Assembly (NCBI GenBank): GCA_026770705.1
Contig: JANJGN010000026.1
Location: forward strand, 29,884,001 to 29,948,000
Reading direction: 5' to 3'
Length of the DNA stretch: 64,000 nt
From: Isurus oxyrinchus
Lineage: Eukaryota
Shown here: positions 13,586-26,213 of the stretch, piece after piece
How positions within the stretch are numbered: position 1 is the first letter of the stretch
How the letters are laid out: the number at the start of each line of letters is the position of its first letter
Program-made: the position numbers and the translations under genes
Notes under the pieces: model-generated
Told to the model about the DNA's origin: nothing
Seen by the model: the letters and a program-made list of their open reading frames with translations, nothing else
Database searches by the model: none

Positions 13586-15672
13586 CTGGCGGAGCCTGCA
13601 TGTAAAGGAGCATGTTTAATGGTTATGTTTCAGTGACAGGTGTACCTCTGCCTCCCACTCTCTTTTCCACTTTCATAGGATGTGGGCGTCGCAGGCAGAG
13701 CCTGCATTTATTGCCCGCCCCGAATTGCTCTTGAACTGAGCGGCTTGCTGGGCCGTTTCAGAGTCAAGCACATTGCTGGGGGCGGACCTCGCCCGCCAAT
13801 GGCAGATGGAGTGTTGGTGGAGGCAGGAACCCTCACAACATTGAAGAAGTCTTTAGATGAGCACTTGAAACACCATAGCACACAGGTGCTGGAAATCAGG
13901 ATTGGAACGGACACGACAGGCCAAAGGACCTGTTTCTGTGCTGTATGACTCAAGCGGTGAGGTTTGAAATTGAAAACAAATCTGGAATGGAAATTCTGAT
14001 GATGGCCCATGAAACCATTGCCGATTGTCGTTAATAAACCCACCTGGTTCACTCATGTCCTTTAGGGAAGGAAATCCGCCACCCTCACATGATCTGGACT
14101 ACATGGCACTCCAAACCAGCAATGCGGTTGATCGTCAAGTGCCCCCTGAGCAAGGACCAATTGGGGATGGGCAAAAAACGCTGGCTAAGCCAGCGACGCC
14201 CACATCCGTGAATGAATGGGGGTTCAAAATGGGACCCAGGAGCCGACAGCGGGGCCAGAATGGGAAGAGTGAAAATGCCCTGAAGGGGGATAGTGTTTTA
14301 CAGTGGTAGTGGGGCGGGCAAGGCCATTAGAGTTTTAAAATAGAGGCACTGTTGGCCCCGGAACCAAGAATAGGTCGGCGAGAGCAGGGGAGATGTGTGA
14401 ACAGAGCTTGGTGTGAGTTACACAGGTGCCCAAGAGTTTTAGAGGGCTGGAGGGAGTTCCTGGGAGAGGGAGGGGTGGTGAAAGGGGGACATTGGTTGGG
14501 GGGGGGGGTGTGGGGGGGGGGGGGTGTGGGGGCATGGTGGTCAGAAAACAAGGCCCTCAACTTAAAATCCGCCAGTTGATGAAAGACTGAGACAAAGCAT
14601 TTGTTGTGCCTGGTCTGAGGCACTTTGTGCACCGGCCTGGTTCCCAAAGGGGATGAAGAAGCGCAACACAATCTGATGAAGGCTTTGGGTGAGGCCATGG
14701 CTTGAGTAAGCTCAGGCTCCGTTCACTGAAGTACAGGAGTGAAGTAGAATTGTCCCAAATAATTGGCGGGGGGGGGGGGGGGGGGTGTAGTTGTGGGGGG
14801 GGGGGGGGTGGCGTTGGTAGCATGACCAATGGCAGGTTAGGAATTCTGTGATGAGTAACTCACCCCTCGACTCCCACCAATGCCTGCCCACCATCTAGAA
14901 GATAAAAGTCAGGAGTGTGATGGAATACCCCCCACTTGCCTGGATGAGTTTAGCTCCCACAGCACTCAAGAAGGTTGACATTGTCGAGGGCAAAGCAGCC
15001 CCGCTTGATAAGCAGCCAGCTTCTCAAGGGGCAATTAGGGCTAGGCAATATATGCTGGGCCCAGCCCAAATCCCGTGAATGACCATTTGAAAAATCATCG
15101 TTAAAAGCTGATCTGATTCCCGAATGCGCGTTAGGGAAGAAAATCTGCCGTCCTTGCCCATGTCCGGCTTACATGTGATCCGGGATGCAGAAATGTGGCT
15201 GACTCTTAACTGCCCTCGGAGATGGTGGGGTAGTTCAAGCGCAGTTAGAGATGAGCAGCTGGATGCTGACCTTGACAGCGACGACCGCTGCCACAAAATA
15301 TGATTTTTTTTTTTCAAATTGTGAGGTCTAAGAAGGCAAAACAGTTAAAATTTAACTGCGGGTGGGGTGTCAAATAGTCAGGAGAGGAAAGGGTCTGCTT
15401 ACACTAGAATGGCAAGGTAAATACAGTTGAGTTTATCGGGGGGCGGGGGGCGGATGAAGGGATACCCGTTTTGCAATCCGTGCCAGTTAATTTTGACACC
15501 CAGACATTAGATTAAGTGTCCGGCTTAACACTGGCGTATGTGAGTGCCCGTCAGTCATGGGAATGGGAACCGAGGAGGGGAACCGTTTGATTGATCGACC
15601 TGTTCATGACTAGCAACATTGCCCGTCGCTGTCTGCCCACATCAGACACGCATTTCGCTCAGCGGGCTCACC

Positions 15673-15782
15673 TTAAAACAGCCACACTCTGGCAGTCATC
15701 ATAACGTTGAATGCAATGCTCTTGAAAAACAAAAGTCTCAGCCCCATCACCGTCAGAGACAAAGAATTCGCCCTCCGAAGAT
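15673..15782 (-). CDS. TRDC: TCR delta C exon 3 (transmembrane, stop codon)
   Basis: tattacAG acceptor. Translates (D)LRRANSLSLTVMGLRLLFFKSIAFNVMMTARVWLF* with the Arg/Lys CD3-docking pair of alpha/delta chains. Donor GTGAG follows 1 nt after TAA (exon ends 15672). Confidence 0.93.
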
Positions 15783-15954
15783 CTGTAATAATGATCGAAA
15801 CAAAGCATCGATTCAGTTAAATGTAGCTGTCGAATTAAATTTAGGAGAGAAAAAACTGCGCCATAAAAAGGGAATTTATTTCCATCATGTAGACATTTGG
15901 CTCATATATCTCCATCTATGCATCCCCTCACTGCTTCGTCTCTCCGTCCCTCAT

Positions 15955-16010
15955 CATGTCTATCCATCTATCCTGAAATCAATCAATTTATCTATCTGTC
16001 TATCTATCTG

Positions 16011-16048
<38 letters not shown>

Positions 16049-16241
16049 AATCTCTCTGTCTTTCTATCTATCTATATATATCAATATATCTTTCTATCTG
16101 TCTGCCTATCTCTCTATATATCTATTTGTCTGTCTTTCTTGCTTTCTTTCTTTCATTCTTCCTTTCTTTCTGTCTATATGTTTATCTCTCTACCTATCAA
16201 TATGCCTGTATCTGCCTGTCTGTCTCTTGCCTATCTATCTT

Positions 16242-16308
<67 letters not shown>

Positions 16309-16455
16309 ATCTTTCTGTCTATCTCTCTCAATATATTTATGCATCTAATATATGTGTGTATAACCTTCCCTGCCGCTATCTCTCTATCTTTTTATCTTTC
16401 TATATCTTGCTGTGTCTATCTGCTTATCCATCACCATTTTTCTGTTTGTCTATTT
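15955..16455. repeat. (TATC)n microsatellite in C-delta intron 2
   Basis: Direct reading. Similar tracts at 17648-17960 (GATA/GACA) and 57010-57470. Confidence 0.9.
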
Positions 16456-16495
16456 GTTAATATATCATCTAAATATATTTTGGATAAGGACTCAC

Positions 16496-16564
16496 CATTT
16501 TCCATGGCACTTGATCCTAACAAGGAATCATTTGAAGCTTTTCCACAATCGGGTTTTTCTATAA
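16496..16564 (-). CDS. TRDC: TCR delta C exon 2 (connecting peptide with interchain Cys)
   Basis: tttgcttgcAG...GTGAGT, phase 1/1. Translates (V)IEKPDCGKASNDSLLGSSAMEN with a single Cys and no TCR-alpha FETDxNLN motif. Confidence 0.9.
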
Positions 16565-18104
16565 CTGCAAGCAAATATGTCAGCTATTAATGAGTGCGTT
16601 ACTTTGTTGCAGCTAATGTTGTTAATATTTCTCTAAATGATGTCGCTGCCGTTGCCAACAGAGGCGATGGAAGTCATTAATGAACATTTGGGGTGGGAAG
16701 CCTAGTCCATTTGGGATCACAGACGGGCTTCGATAGCCGTCACTCAATTGATGCCATCTGAGCTCAAGGATAGTGGACTCACTCCCCCTTCAAAGATTTG
16801 AGCCCTCGATACAGGCTGCTCCATCAGTTGCAGTGCTGCACTGTCAGAGGTGGCCTCTTTTGAATGGGATGTGAAATAAAGGCCCTATTTGAGCCCTGAA
16901 GAGTGGGAGAATAAATGATCCCTTGGCACTGCCCCAAAGGAAAGGCGATTTTCAACTTCCTGTTTAATAATTACTATCTACCTAAAGTCAGTGGCACACA
17001 ATCTGCTCCACGTGGATGGCTGTGGGGCCTGGTTGCTGCCCTGAATTGTATTTCTTAAAATTCATTCATGGGATGTGGCCTTCGCTGACTCGGCCAGCAT
17101 TCATTACCCGGCCCGCTTGAGAAGGTGGTGGTGAGCTGCCTTCTTGAACCACTGTAATCCATGTGGTGTAGGTACACCCACAGTGCTGTTAGGGAGGGGG
17201 TTCCAGGATTTTGACCCAGCGACAGTGAAGGAACGACCGATATATTTCCAAGTCAGGATGGTGAGTGACTTGGAGGTGAAAATTCTAGGTGGTGCTGTTG
17301 CCAACTATCTGCTGCCCTTGTCCTTCTAGATGGTAGCGGTCGTGTGTTTGGAAGGTGCTGTCTAAGGAGCCTTGGTGAATTCGTGCATGGCATCTTTTAG
17401 ATGGTATACACTGCAGCTACTGTGTGTCTACCGNNNNNNNNNNNNNNNNNNNNNNNNNNNNNNNNNNNNNNNNNNNNNNNNNNNNNNNNNNNNNNNNNNN
17501 NNNNNNNNNNNNNNNNNNNNNNNNNNNNNNNNNNNNNNNNNNNNNNNNNNNNNNNNNNNNNNNNNNNNNNNNNNNNNNNNNNNNNNNNNNNNNNNNNNNN
17601 NNNNNNNNNNNNNNNNNNNNNNNNNNNNNNNNNNNNNNNNNNNNNNNAGATAGATGGGTAGGTAGACAGACAGGCAGACAGACAGGTGGGTAGACAGACA
17701 TACAGACAAACATGCAGAGATAGATAGATAGACAGACAGATAGATAGATAAACAGAGACTGACAGACAGAGAGATTGGCTAAGAAAGGAACAGACAGATA
17801 GACAGAGAAACAGACAGACAGATAGATAGATAGAAAGATAGATAGGTAGATAGATAGATACATAGATGGACAGATACATAGATAGATAGATAGACAGACA
17901 AACAGGCAGACAGAATGACAGCTAGATAGGCAGACAGACAGGTGGGTAGAGAGATGGAGAGAAAGAAAGGTGGTGGAGGGAGCGAATATTTGTGGATAGT
18001 TAGCAAATCTTCTCCGTAATTTAAGATGGCACCGGGTGGACTTGGGTCATAAAAAGTCATTGCAGAAATGCAAGCTCTTCCTTTCGGAAGGCCTTGTCCC
18101 TTAC

Positions 18105-18428
18105 CAGTTTCGGGTCTCGACAGGATATCTTTAGAGTATAGTTCGTGGTTGTGAGTTGCCCTACACGTGATGTTGACCGGTTGGCTGGGCCGGGGGAAGG
18201 AGATGAAAGCGGTGCTCCCATAATACCCGGTGCCCAACAGGATGCTGGAACTTGGACCAGTGGCCCTGGTGACGCTCCCCGCTTGCAGGGAAATATTCAG
18301 CTCCTTTGGCGAGAAATCCGAGGCCAGGCACACCACTGCCATGTTCGCATCTGTGCTGAGGTTGGGAGGCTCCGCTATGGCTGGCGGGTAAAAGACTGAG
18401 AGCGTCGGTGCTTTCGGATCTTTCGGCT
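18105..18428 (-). CDS. TRDC: TCR delta constant region exon 1 (C1-set Ig domain)
   Basis: Acceptor ttcttgaatcttcAG and donor GTAAG, phase 1/1. Translates (K)PKDPKAPTLSVFYPP...AVVCLASDFSPKELNISL...SSILLGTGYYGSTAFISFP...NITCRATHN...RPET with two canonical Cys. Lies downstream of D and J segments. Confidence 0.93.
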
Positions 18429-19259
18429 CTGAAGATTCAAGAAGAGAAAGGAAACTTATGAGAGTCTTAACAATGTGATCCCCCTCCTCCAAACTGCTGT
18501 GTCGCCTTCCATTAAACCATGGCAGACCTGCCCCTTGTTTCCATGTGCCCATCTTGGGTCCCTTCAGACTTAAATCGATCATTCTTAAAAGGAAAGGCCC
18601 CACAGGAAATCTAATCTCTGAACTTCTGTTGCAAACCCACCAGCTGCGACATTCACCCCCACCCCCACCACCACCCCCCCCCCCCCCCCCCACCCCCCAG
18701 GTCCCCGCCTCAACCGCTTGCTGGGGGAGAGATTTCCAGATTTGCACTGGCGTTATGTTCCCTCACATCACCCGTACTCCCCATCACCCACTGAACAACC
18801 TGGCTCTCGCTTCACAGCTTTTGCCCCATTTCTCGCCAACCCCTCACAGGAAGGAATCGTTTCCCTCCATCTGCCCGATTAATTCCTTTTGCCTGCTTAA
18901 ACACCTCGTCCTCAAATAAAGAGGTAAAGGCAGCTCCTAATCCGCTGATTGAAACATGCCAGCTCGCCTTATACTTTTCCTGGCAAATATGAATTACCAT
19001 TACAATTCCAGGAAAGCTTTTTGTTATTGTCTCTGGCTAGGAGAGGCATTTATTGCCTGGCCCCTAAGTGCCCTTGCTCAGAGGGGATTTAAGAGTCAAC
19101 TGGAATCCCATGCAGTGACACCCCGAAAGGACATTCGAGAACCAGGTGTATTTTTACAGCAATCGACAACGGTCATCATTAAACTTCGTAATTCCCGATT
19201 TTATATCGAATTCACATCAACTGTGGTGGGGATTGGAAAGCCGGTCACTCAAAGCATTG

Positions 19260-19492
19260 AAAACAAAAACAGAATTACCTGGAAAAACTCAGCAGGTCTG
19301 GCAGCATCGGCGGAGAAGAAAAGAGTTGACGTTTCGAGTCTTCATGACCCTTCGACAGACCTCTGTCGAAGGGTCATGAAGACTCGAAACGTCAACTCTT
19401 TTCTTCTCCGCCGATGCTGCCAGACCTGCTGAGTTTTTCCAGGTAATTCTGTTTTTGTTTTGGATTTCCAGCATCCGCAGTTTTCTTTGTTT
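19260..19492. mobile_element. Penelope-like element insertion with inverted duplication and 15-bp TSD
   Basis: Perfect inverted repeat with arms 19260-19359 and 19362-19461. TSD TCACTCAAAGCATTG at 19245-19259 and 19493-19507. Confidence 0.75.
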
Positions 19493-20754
19493 TCACTCAA
19501 AGCATTGCCCTGGGTTACTGAGTTAACTAATCCATCAGCGATAACACTCTGCCTACCACCTCCCTGAACTTGACTTCAAATCCCACCATTTGCCTCGGTG
19601 GGATTCGAACCCGGGCCCCCAGAGCATTGCCATGGGCCTCTGAAATACTAGTCCAGTGACAATGCCCTGAAACCGGACAATTGCTGAGGTGAGGCGTCAT
19701 TTCTGCTTGATGTTAGCGAGGTCATTGGCGCAGAACATCCACCCCAGACTATCTAAAGGCAGATGGGTCAGTAACCAGGCGCAGAGATGTTTGGAAGTGG
19801 CAGCCCCTATTGCGAGAGGAATGAGCAAAGCACATGGGGATCTCGGAGCTCCATGAATAGAGGAACCGAGCACCAAAGCAGGGAAGTTCTTCTGAATATT
19901 TATGAAGTGCGGCCTAGGCCCCAGCTGGAGTATTGTGTCCACTTCTGGCCTGCTACACGCTTCAGGAAGGATGTGAGAGTCTCCGAGAGGGTGCGGGAGG
20001 AGGTCTATCAGAATAGCTCCAGGGATGGGCGATTTTAGCAACAGCTCTTTATTTTTGATTCATTGAGGGGGATGTGGGTGTCTCCGGCTAGGCCAGCATT
20101 TATTTCCCATCCCGTATTGCCCTTGATTAGAGGGCACTTAACAGTCAACCACATCACTGTTGGTCTGGAGTCACATGTAGGCCAGGCCAGGGAAAGACGG
20201 CAGCTTTCCTTCCCTAAAGAGGGGATTCGTGAACCGGATGGGTTTATTTTTTTCCGAACTTGTTCTGCCCCTGAGCTGATTGTGGCTCCGTTTCAGAGCG
20301 TGAAGGCAACTTTCTCTTCACCACTAAACACAGGGGTGCACATTGGTTACGTTCAATTCCAGTTTTCTTTTAATATTAAATTCAGATTTCACCACCTGTC
20401 GCGATGGGAGTCAAAACTGGTTCCCCCGAGCCTTACACTGGATCTCGGGACTAACCAGCCCAGTGACAATGCCACCGCCTCCCGTTTGTTGGAGGAGCTG
20501 GAGCTGTTCTCCTCGGTTTGAAGGGGTCTTGATCGAGGTGGGCAAACTGATGACAGGTTCGGATCAGAAGGGCAAATCCAAGCTGCTCCCATTAGCCAAT
20601 GGTACCAGAGCTAGGGGATGTAGATTTAAGTTTAGACAAAACAGGTTGGGGCGGGATTGGGGGTGGCGGGTGGGGGATGTGAGATAGAACTTGTTTACCC
20701 AGCGATTGGCGATGGCCTGCAAACAAGAGGTGATGAATCATTCACCGGAGGGGG

Positions 20755-21240
20755 TGCAGAGTGGATTCACCAGGATGTTGCCTGGGATGGAACATTTAAG
20801 TTATGAAGAGAGGTTGGAACACTTGGGTTGTTTTCCTTGGACCAGAGACGACTGAGAGGTGACCTCATCGAGGTGTACAAGATTATGAGGGACAGGGACA
20901 GGGTGGATAGGGTGCAGCTGTTCCCCTTAGTTGAAAGGTCAGTTACGAGGGAACATAAGTCCCAGGGCAGGAGGTTTAGGGGAGATGTGAGGGAAAACTG
21001 TGTTTCCCAGAGGGTGGTGACGGTCTGGGATGCACTGCCTGGGAGGGTGGTGGAGGCGGGTTTCCTCACATCTTTTAAAAAGTACCTGGGTGAGCACTTG
21101 ACACGTCATAACATTCAAGGCTATGGGCCAAGTGCTGGTGAATGGGATTTGGTAGGTAGGTCAGGTGTTTCTCACGTGTCGGTGCAGACTCGATGGGCCG
21201 AATGGCCTCTTCTCCACTCTGTGATCCTGTGGTTCTGTGA
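20755..21240 (+). mobile_element. CR1 LINE 3' fragment
   Basis: [14 protein letters not shown]...SQRVVTVWDALP. Confidence 0.8.
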
Positions 21241-21959
21241 AAAGGCAAATATGACGGGGCGCTCGGTAGAAATAAAGCTGCGGGGATGGAAAGGGTGAAT
21301 GGGATTGACTGCGCTGCTCTGTGCAAAGCCTGCAGTGACTCGAAGGGCCGAATGGCCTCCTTCTGTGCCGCAGTGACCCTACATCTTCATCGATGCTTTG
21401 CTTTGTGAACCCAGAGTGTTGTTTGCCTTCGTGGTTGAACGCTTAGTGTGTAGGAGGGGGTTAACTTCCCCACCTTGTTCGGACCTGAGCTGATGGTGGC
21501 TCTGTGTCAGAACTTGAGGGCAGCTGTATATCCACCACTGAACACAGGGGCACACAAATGGTTGCAGCACAGAAGGAGGCATTCGGCCCGTCGTTCCTCT
21601 GCCGGCTCTCTGAAGGAGCCCAGTGCCGCTCGCCCGTAACCCACACATTCTGCTATTGTCATATATTAATCTAATTCCTCTTTGAATACCTCACCTGATG
21701 CTGCCTCTACCGATGCTCAGGCAGTGCATTGCAGGTCCTATCCACTCGCTGTGTGAAAGAGTTTGTTTCCCCCTTCATGTCGTCTTTGCTCCTCTTGTCA
21801 GTCACCTTAAATCTGCACTGCCTGATTATCCACCCTCCCACCAATGGGATTGGTTTCTCCCTATCCCGTCTGTCCAAACCCCTCAGGATTTTGAAGAGCA
21901 GGCGAATGAAGAGCAGGAGCCAGCCACTCTGATCCTCCAAACTGCTCTGTCGTTCAATA

Positions 21960-22770
21960 AGATCTGATCTGATTTTAACCTCAACCCCATATTCCTGCCC
22001 AACACCGGTAATTTTTCATCCCCGCCCCCACCCCTTGTCAATCAACAATCTATCACCCTCAGCCTTAAAAATATTAAAATACCCTGCTTCCACCGCTTTT
22101 TGAGGATGAGATTCCCAAAGACTCACGACCCTCTGAGAGAAAAAGAATATCTCCTCATCTCTGTCTTAAACGGGCGACCCCTTATTTCTAACCAGTGACC
22201 TATCGTTCTAGATTCTGCCACAAGAGGAAACATCCTCTCCACATTCACCCTGTAAAGTCCCCTCAGGATCTTATATGTTTCAATCAAGTCGCATCTTTCT
22301 CTTCTAAACTCCAGCGGATACAAGCCTAGCCTGTCCAACCTTCCCTCATAAGACAACCCGCCCATTCCAGGCATTAGACTTGTAAACCTTCTCTGAACTG
22401 CTTCCACCGCATTTACATCCTTCGTTAAATAAAGAGACCAATACTGTACACAGTACTCCAGGTGTGGTCTCACTAATGCCCTGTACAACTGAAATATAAC
22501 CTTCCTACTTTTGTATTCAATTCCCCTCACAATAAACGATCACATTCTATTAGTTTTCCTAATTACCTGCTGCACCTGTATTCTCAGCTTTTAGGACACC
22601 CAGGTCCCTCTGCATCTCAGAGCTCTGCAATCTCTCAACATTTAGATAATAAGTTTCTTTTTTTTATTCTCCCTGCCAAAATAGACAACTTCACTTTTGC
22701 CCACGTTCTGCTCCATTTGCCAGGCCTTTGACCATTCACGTAACCTATCTATGCCCCTCTGTCAAATCTC
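21960..22770 (-). mobile_element. CR1 LINE 3' fragment
   Basis: LYRALVRPHLEYCVQYWS...DLIETYKILRG. Confidence 0.8.
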
Positions 22771-24444
22771 CTCTCAAACTTCTCTTTACCCCATGGAAAC
22801 ACAATAGCAGCTTTTCCAATGAATTGTTCCCCTTCTGCGCATTGGCAAATTTCTGCCAGTGCTACGACAAATGAATAGGAATAGGAGGGAAGCTTCAAAT
22901 ATGTTTGTTCCAGACAATAATTTATGGTCCCCTATATTAAATACCACTGGGAATGCTACAGAAACCAATAAACCCATTAAAAGTGGTTCCACTCCCCTTG
23001 CGATTGTGTGGATGGATTAAACCTCTCAGCGCAGCACTTTTAAGGCATCACAAGTGCACATCCAATACTTCTTAAATATTATGAGGGTTTTTGCCTCTAT
23101 CACCCTTTCAGACAGTGAGTTCCAGGTTGCCACCACCGTCTGGGTGAAAGAATCCTTCCTCACATTCACACGAAACCTCCTGCATCTTACCTTACATCTT
23201 ATCCCCTCAGGCTATTGATCACTCCACCAAGGGGAAAAGTTCCCTCCTCTCTGCCTTATCTATGCCCTTCATCATTTTAAGCACCTCAACCATGTACCGC
23301 CCTCAATCTCCTCTGCCCCAGGGGAAATAACTCCAGTCTATCCAATACCTCCTCCATAACTAAAATCCTCCAGTCCAGCCAACATCCTGGTAAGTCTCTT
23401 CTGCAGGAGAAGTTAATTGAACTCTAACTGCAACTGTCATCAGTTCAATTTCAATGGAACTTAGGGATGGGCGACAAATGCTGGCAGTGCCAGCGACACC
23501 AACACCTCATGAAGGAATAAATACAATCAATGGCAAATTGTAATTTTCACTGTTCCTCTCCAAATAGTTTGGGTGTTATTTCTGCTGCATTTACATCCCA
23601 GTGGGAAAGGCCACAGACAATGGCAGCAAGTTAGAATAGGCTCATTGATTCAATTGTTAAGGATGCAAGGGCAGCAGATAGATGGGGGGACCACCACCTG
23701 CAAGTTCCCCTGCAAGCCAGTCACCATCCTGACTTGGAAATATATCGCTGTTCCTTCACTGTAGCTGGGTCAAAATCGTCGAACTCCCTCCCTAACAGCA
23801 CTGTGGGTGTACCTGCACCACAGGGGACTCCAGTGGTTCAAGAAGGCAGCTCACCACCACCTTCTTAAGCGGGCAATTAGGGATGGACAATAAATACTGG
23901 CCCAGCCAACAAAGCTCTTGAATGATTTTTTTTTTTAAATCAGTGCCATGCCATGTCAAAAGCAGCACTGAGTTCTCAATGAAAAGGCCAGAATTGTTTG
24001 TATAACATTAAGCAACATTTTGTGGGGCAGGGGCGCTGGGGGCTGTGTTCATGGGGAGTGGGGTGGGGGTGGGGGTGGGGGGGAAGGAACATCTAGAAGC
24101 GAAAATCCGTGCACGACAATGTTATTCCCGGTCAGGTAATGAATCGTGGATGGGAAGCCGGGAGCTTAGAGAAGACGGAGGCAGGGAAATCAACAGCTTC
24201 GAGATGTGGTGCTTCAGAAAGGATCCTGGGGATAATTTGATGAAGGAAAGCACTAACAGTAGAAGTGCTGAATCAGGCCTGGGGAACTCTGAAAGAACAG
24301 GAAAGGAAGGCAGTTGGATCTTCTTCGGACGTCGGTGCACGTTGGTACGTTCTAGTGCCCAAACCTCTTGCTGGGAGGTTTGACGGGCGAAGAAGAGGGA
24401 CCAGCAAAGGAAGCACATAGGCGACGTTAAAACGGCTATTATAA

Positions 24445-24875
24445 TTATGGGAAGCTATGATGAAAGATTGGATAAGCTGGGGTGCCTTCCTTGGAGCAGC
24501 GAGGATTGCGAGGGGACCTGATAGAGGCTTATAAGATTATGAGGGGCATAGGTAGGGTGGAAAATAAGACACTTTTTCCGTTAGTAAAGGGGTCAATAAC
24601 CAGGGGGCATAGGTTAAAAGTAAGAGGTAGAAGGCTAAGAGGGGAATTAAGGAGAATTGTTTTTCATCCAGAGAGTGGTGGGAGTCTGGAACTTGCTGCC
24701 TGAAAGGGTGGTTGGGTCAGAAGCTTGCGTAACACTTAATAAGTATTTAGATATTCGCTTGCATTGCCATAGCCTCCAGGGCTATGGGGCAAGCGCTGGA
24801 AAATTGTGTTAGTGTCGTCAGACATTTGTTGACCGGAGCAAACACGATGGGACGAATGGCCTTCTTCTGTGCCTA
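24445..24875 (+). mobile_element. CR1 LINE 3' fragment
   Basis: LEQRGLRGDLIEAYKIMRG. Confidence 0.75.
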
Positions 24876-25280
24876 CGAGCCCATTTTTCCACCCAACCTG
24901 ACAGTTTCTGCTTAATTTCCATAAGAAACCAACCACCAGCAAATTGCGAGATAGCAACATAATTTTAATGTTAGAATCTTTGACAATGAAAGATGAGTTT
25001 TTTTAAATTCGTATGAACCTTTATTTTGATCAACATTCTTAGTTGGGGGTTCCCTGTTCCAGTAATATTACACAGTTATGTTTATCAGTCTAATATATTA
25101 CTGTGGGCCGGAGCTGCAAACTCCTGGGCGCTTACACAACTAGTTCTGCGGTGAGCCGAGCTGGACTTAAAGCTCACTTGATGGGTGCACACTACTATAG
25201 CTCTCTTCCCAATTTCGCTAGGCACCATTCAGCAGTAAAGAACATAGAGTAGGAGGAAGGAAAGTTCAACTGGTATTTAC

Positions 25281-25343
25281 TGGGCACAACATTGAGCTGG
25301 GTGCCACTGCCGAATGTGAGTTTTGCAGTATAGTAATTAGAAG
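25281..25343 (-). CDS. TRDJ: TCR delta J (type A), open frame, defective heptamer
   Basis: SNYYTAKLTFGSGTQLNVVP with GTAAA donor. RSS (plus strand) ctcagta-12-acagaaagt (CAC>CTC). Confidence 0.85.
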
Positions 25344-26153
25344 CTCAGTAGGAATTGCTCAGACAGAAAGTTTGGCTTGCGTGCACCTGATTCAGATTGA
25401 GCTCATATAGGACAGTGAAAAATAAACCTGTAATGTTTATTATTTCGGGGGCAGCGCCGTACACAAAGTTGGCACTAAAACAAGCCTTGGATTTTTAAAT
25501 GTTTTTCACTCATTGAAACGTATACAATTCTGACAGGGCTGGACAGACTGAATGCAGGGGGGTGGGGGTTGGGGGGAGCGGGAAGGGGGGAGGCACTAGA
25601 GAATGAGGGGGGTCACAATCTCAGTGTACGGGGTAGACCAGTGAGGACTGTGATAAGGAGAAACGCCTTCACTCATTGGGTGGTAAAGCTGTGGAATTCT
25701 CTACCAAAGGGGGGTTTGGAGCCCATGCCACTGAACATATTTAGGAAGGAAACAGATAGGTTTCTGGACACTAAGGGCGTCAAAGGGTATGGGGGGGAGC
25801 GGGAGAACGGCGTTGAGATCATATTGAATGGTGGTAGAGGCTCGAAAGGCCGAATGACCTCTTCCCGCTCCTTTTTCTATGTTTTTATGCTTCCCCTGCA
25901 GTTAAATTTCATTGACTTATCACTTCCTGGAGCAGTAACGATGGAACCAAATGCCTCCCTCCGTTACTGTAAGATTCCAACAACCTTCTGATTGTGCTTT
26001 CTGACTCCAAGTTGCCAGCGGGCATTTTATTCCTCCCCCCTAACCACAAAGAACGACTACACAACAAAAGTGCTTTGCAGACACATGCAAATGGAACATT
26101 TCCAATTAGTTTTAGCACAACCAGGTGTAAATTACAGAGGAGAGACGACTTAC

Positions 26154-26213
26154 TGGGTTCAACGGTGAGTTTGGTCCCGCTACCAAAGATAAGCTTTCTG
26201 GCATCATAGCTAG
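26154..26213 (-). CDS. TRDJ: TCR delta J (type B)
   Basis: SYDARKLIFGSGTKLTVEP with GTAAG donor. RSS cacagta-12-gcaaaatag. Confidence 0.92.

Noticed and set aside
14490-14820. Poly-G tracts as functional G-quadruplex/switch elements
   Set aside because: Such G/C homopolymers are scattered throughout the window with no positional pattern.
15619-16590. 323-aa plus-strand ORF and similar long YLSI/SIYL or HTHT ORFs (17397-17879, 56987-57689, 62334-63477)
   Set aside because: Translations of TATC/TG microsatellites and N gaps; the first one is antisense to real C-delta exons.
15673-18428. Calling the constant region TCR alpha because of the many J segments
   Set aside because: A 12/23 D precedes the J array, the connecting peptide lacks the alpha FETDxNLN motif, and the C domain matches recalled shark delta features.
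17779-18747. 322-aa ORF as a standalone gene
   Set aside because: Only 18105-18428 is the spliced C exon; the rest is intron (poly-G and microsatellite).
22890-22970. Nonamer-like acagaaacc near a J-like stretch (GDHKLLSGT)
   Set aside because: No heptamer at 12 nt, no FGxG and no splice donor.
25035-25125. Possible J relic (cacagtt / tactgtg motifs)
   Set aside because: Spacer lengths are wrong, there is no J reading frame, and it is out of phase with the A/B cassette.
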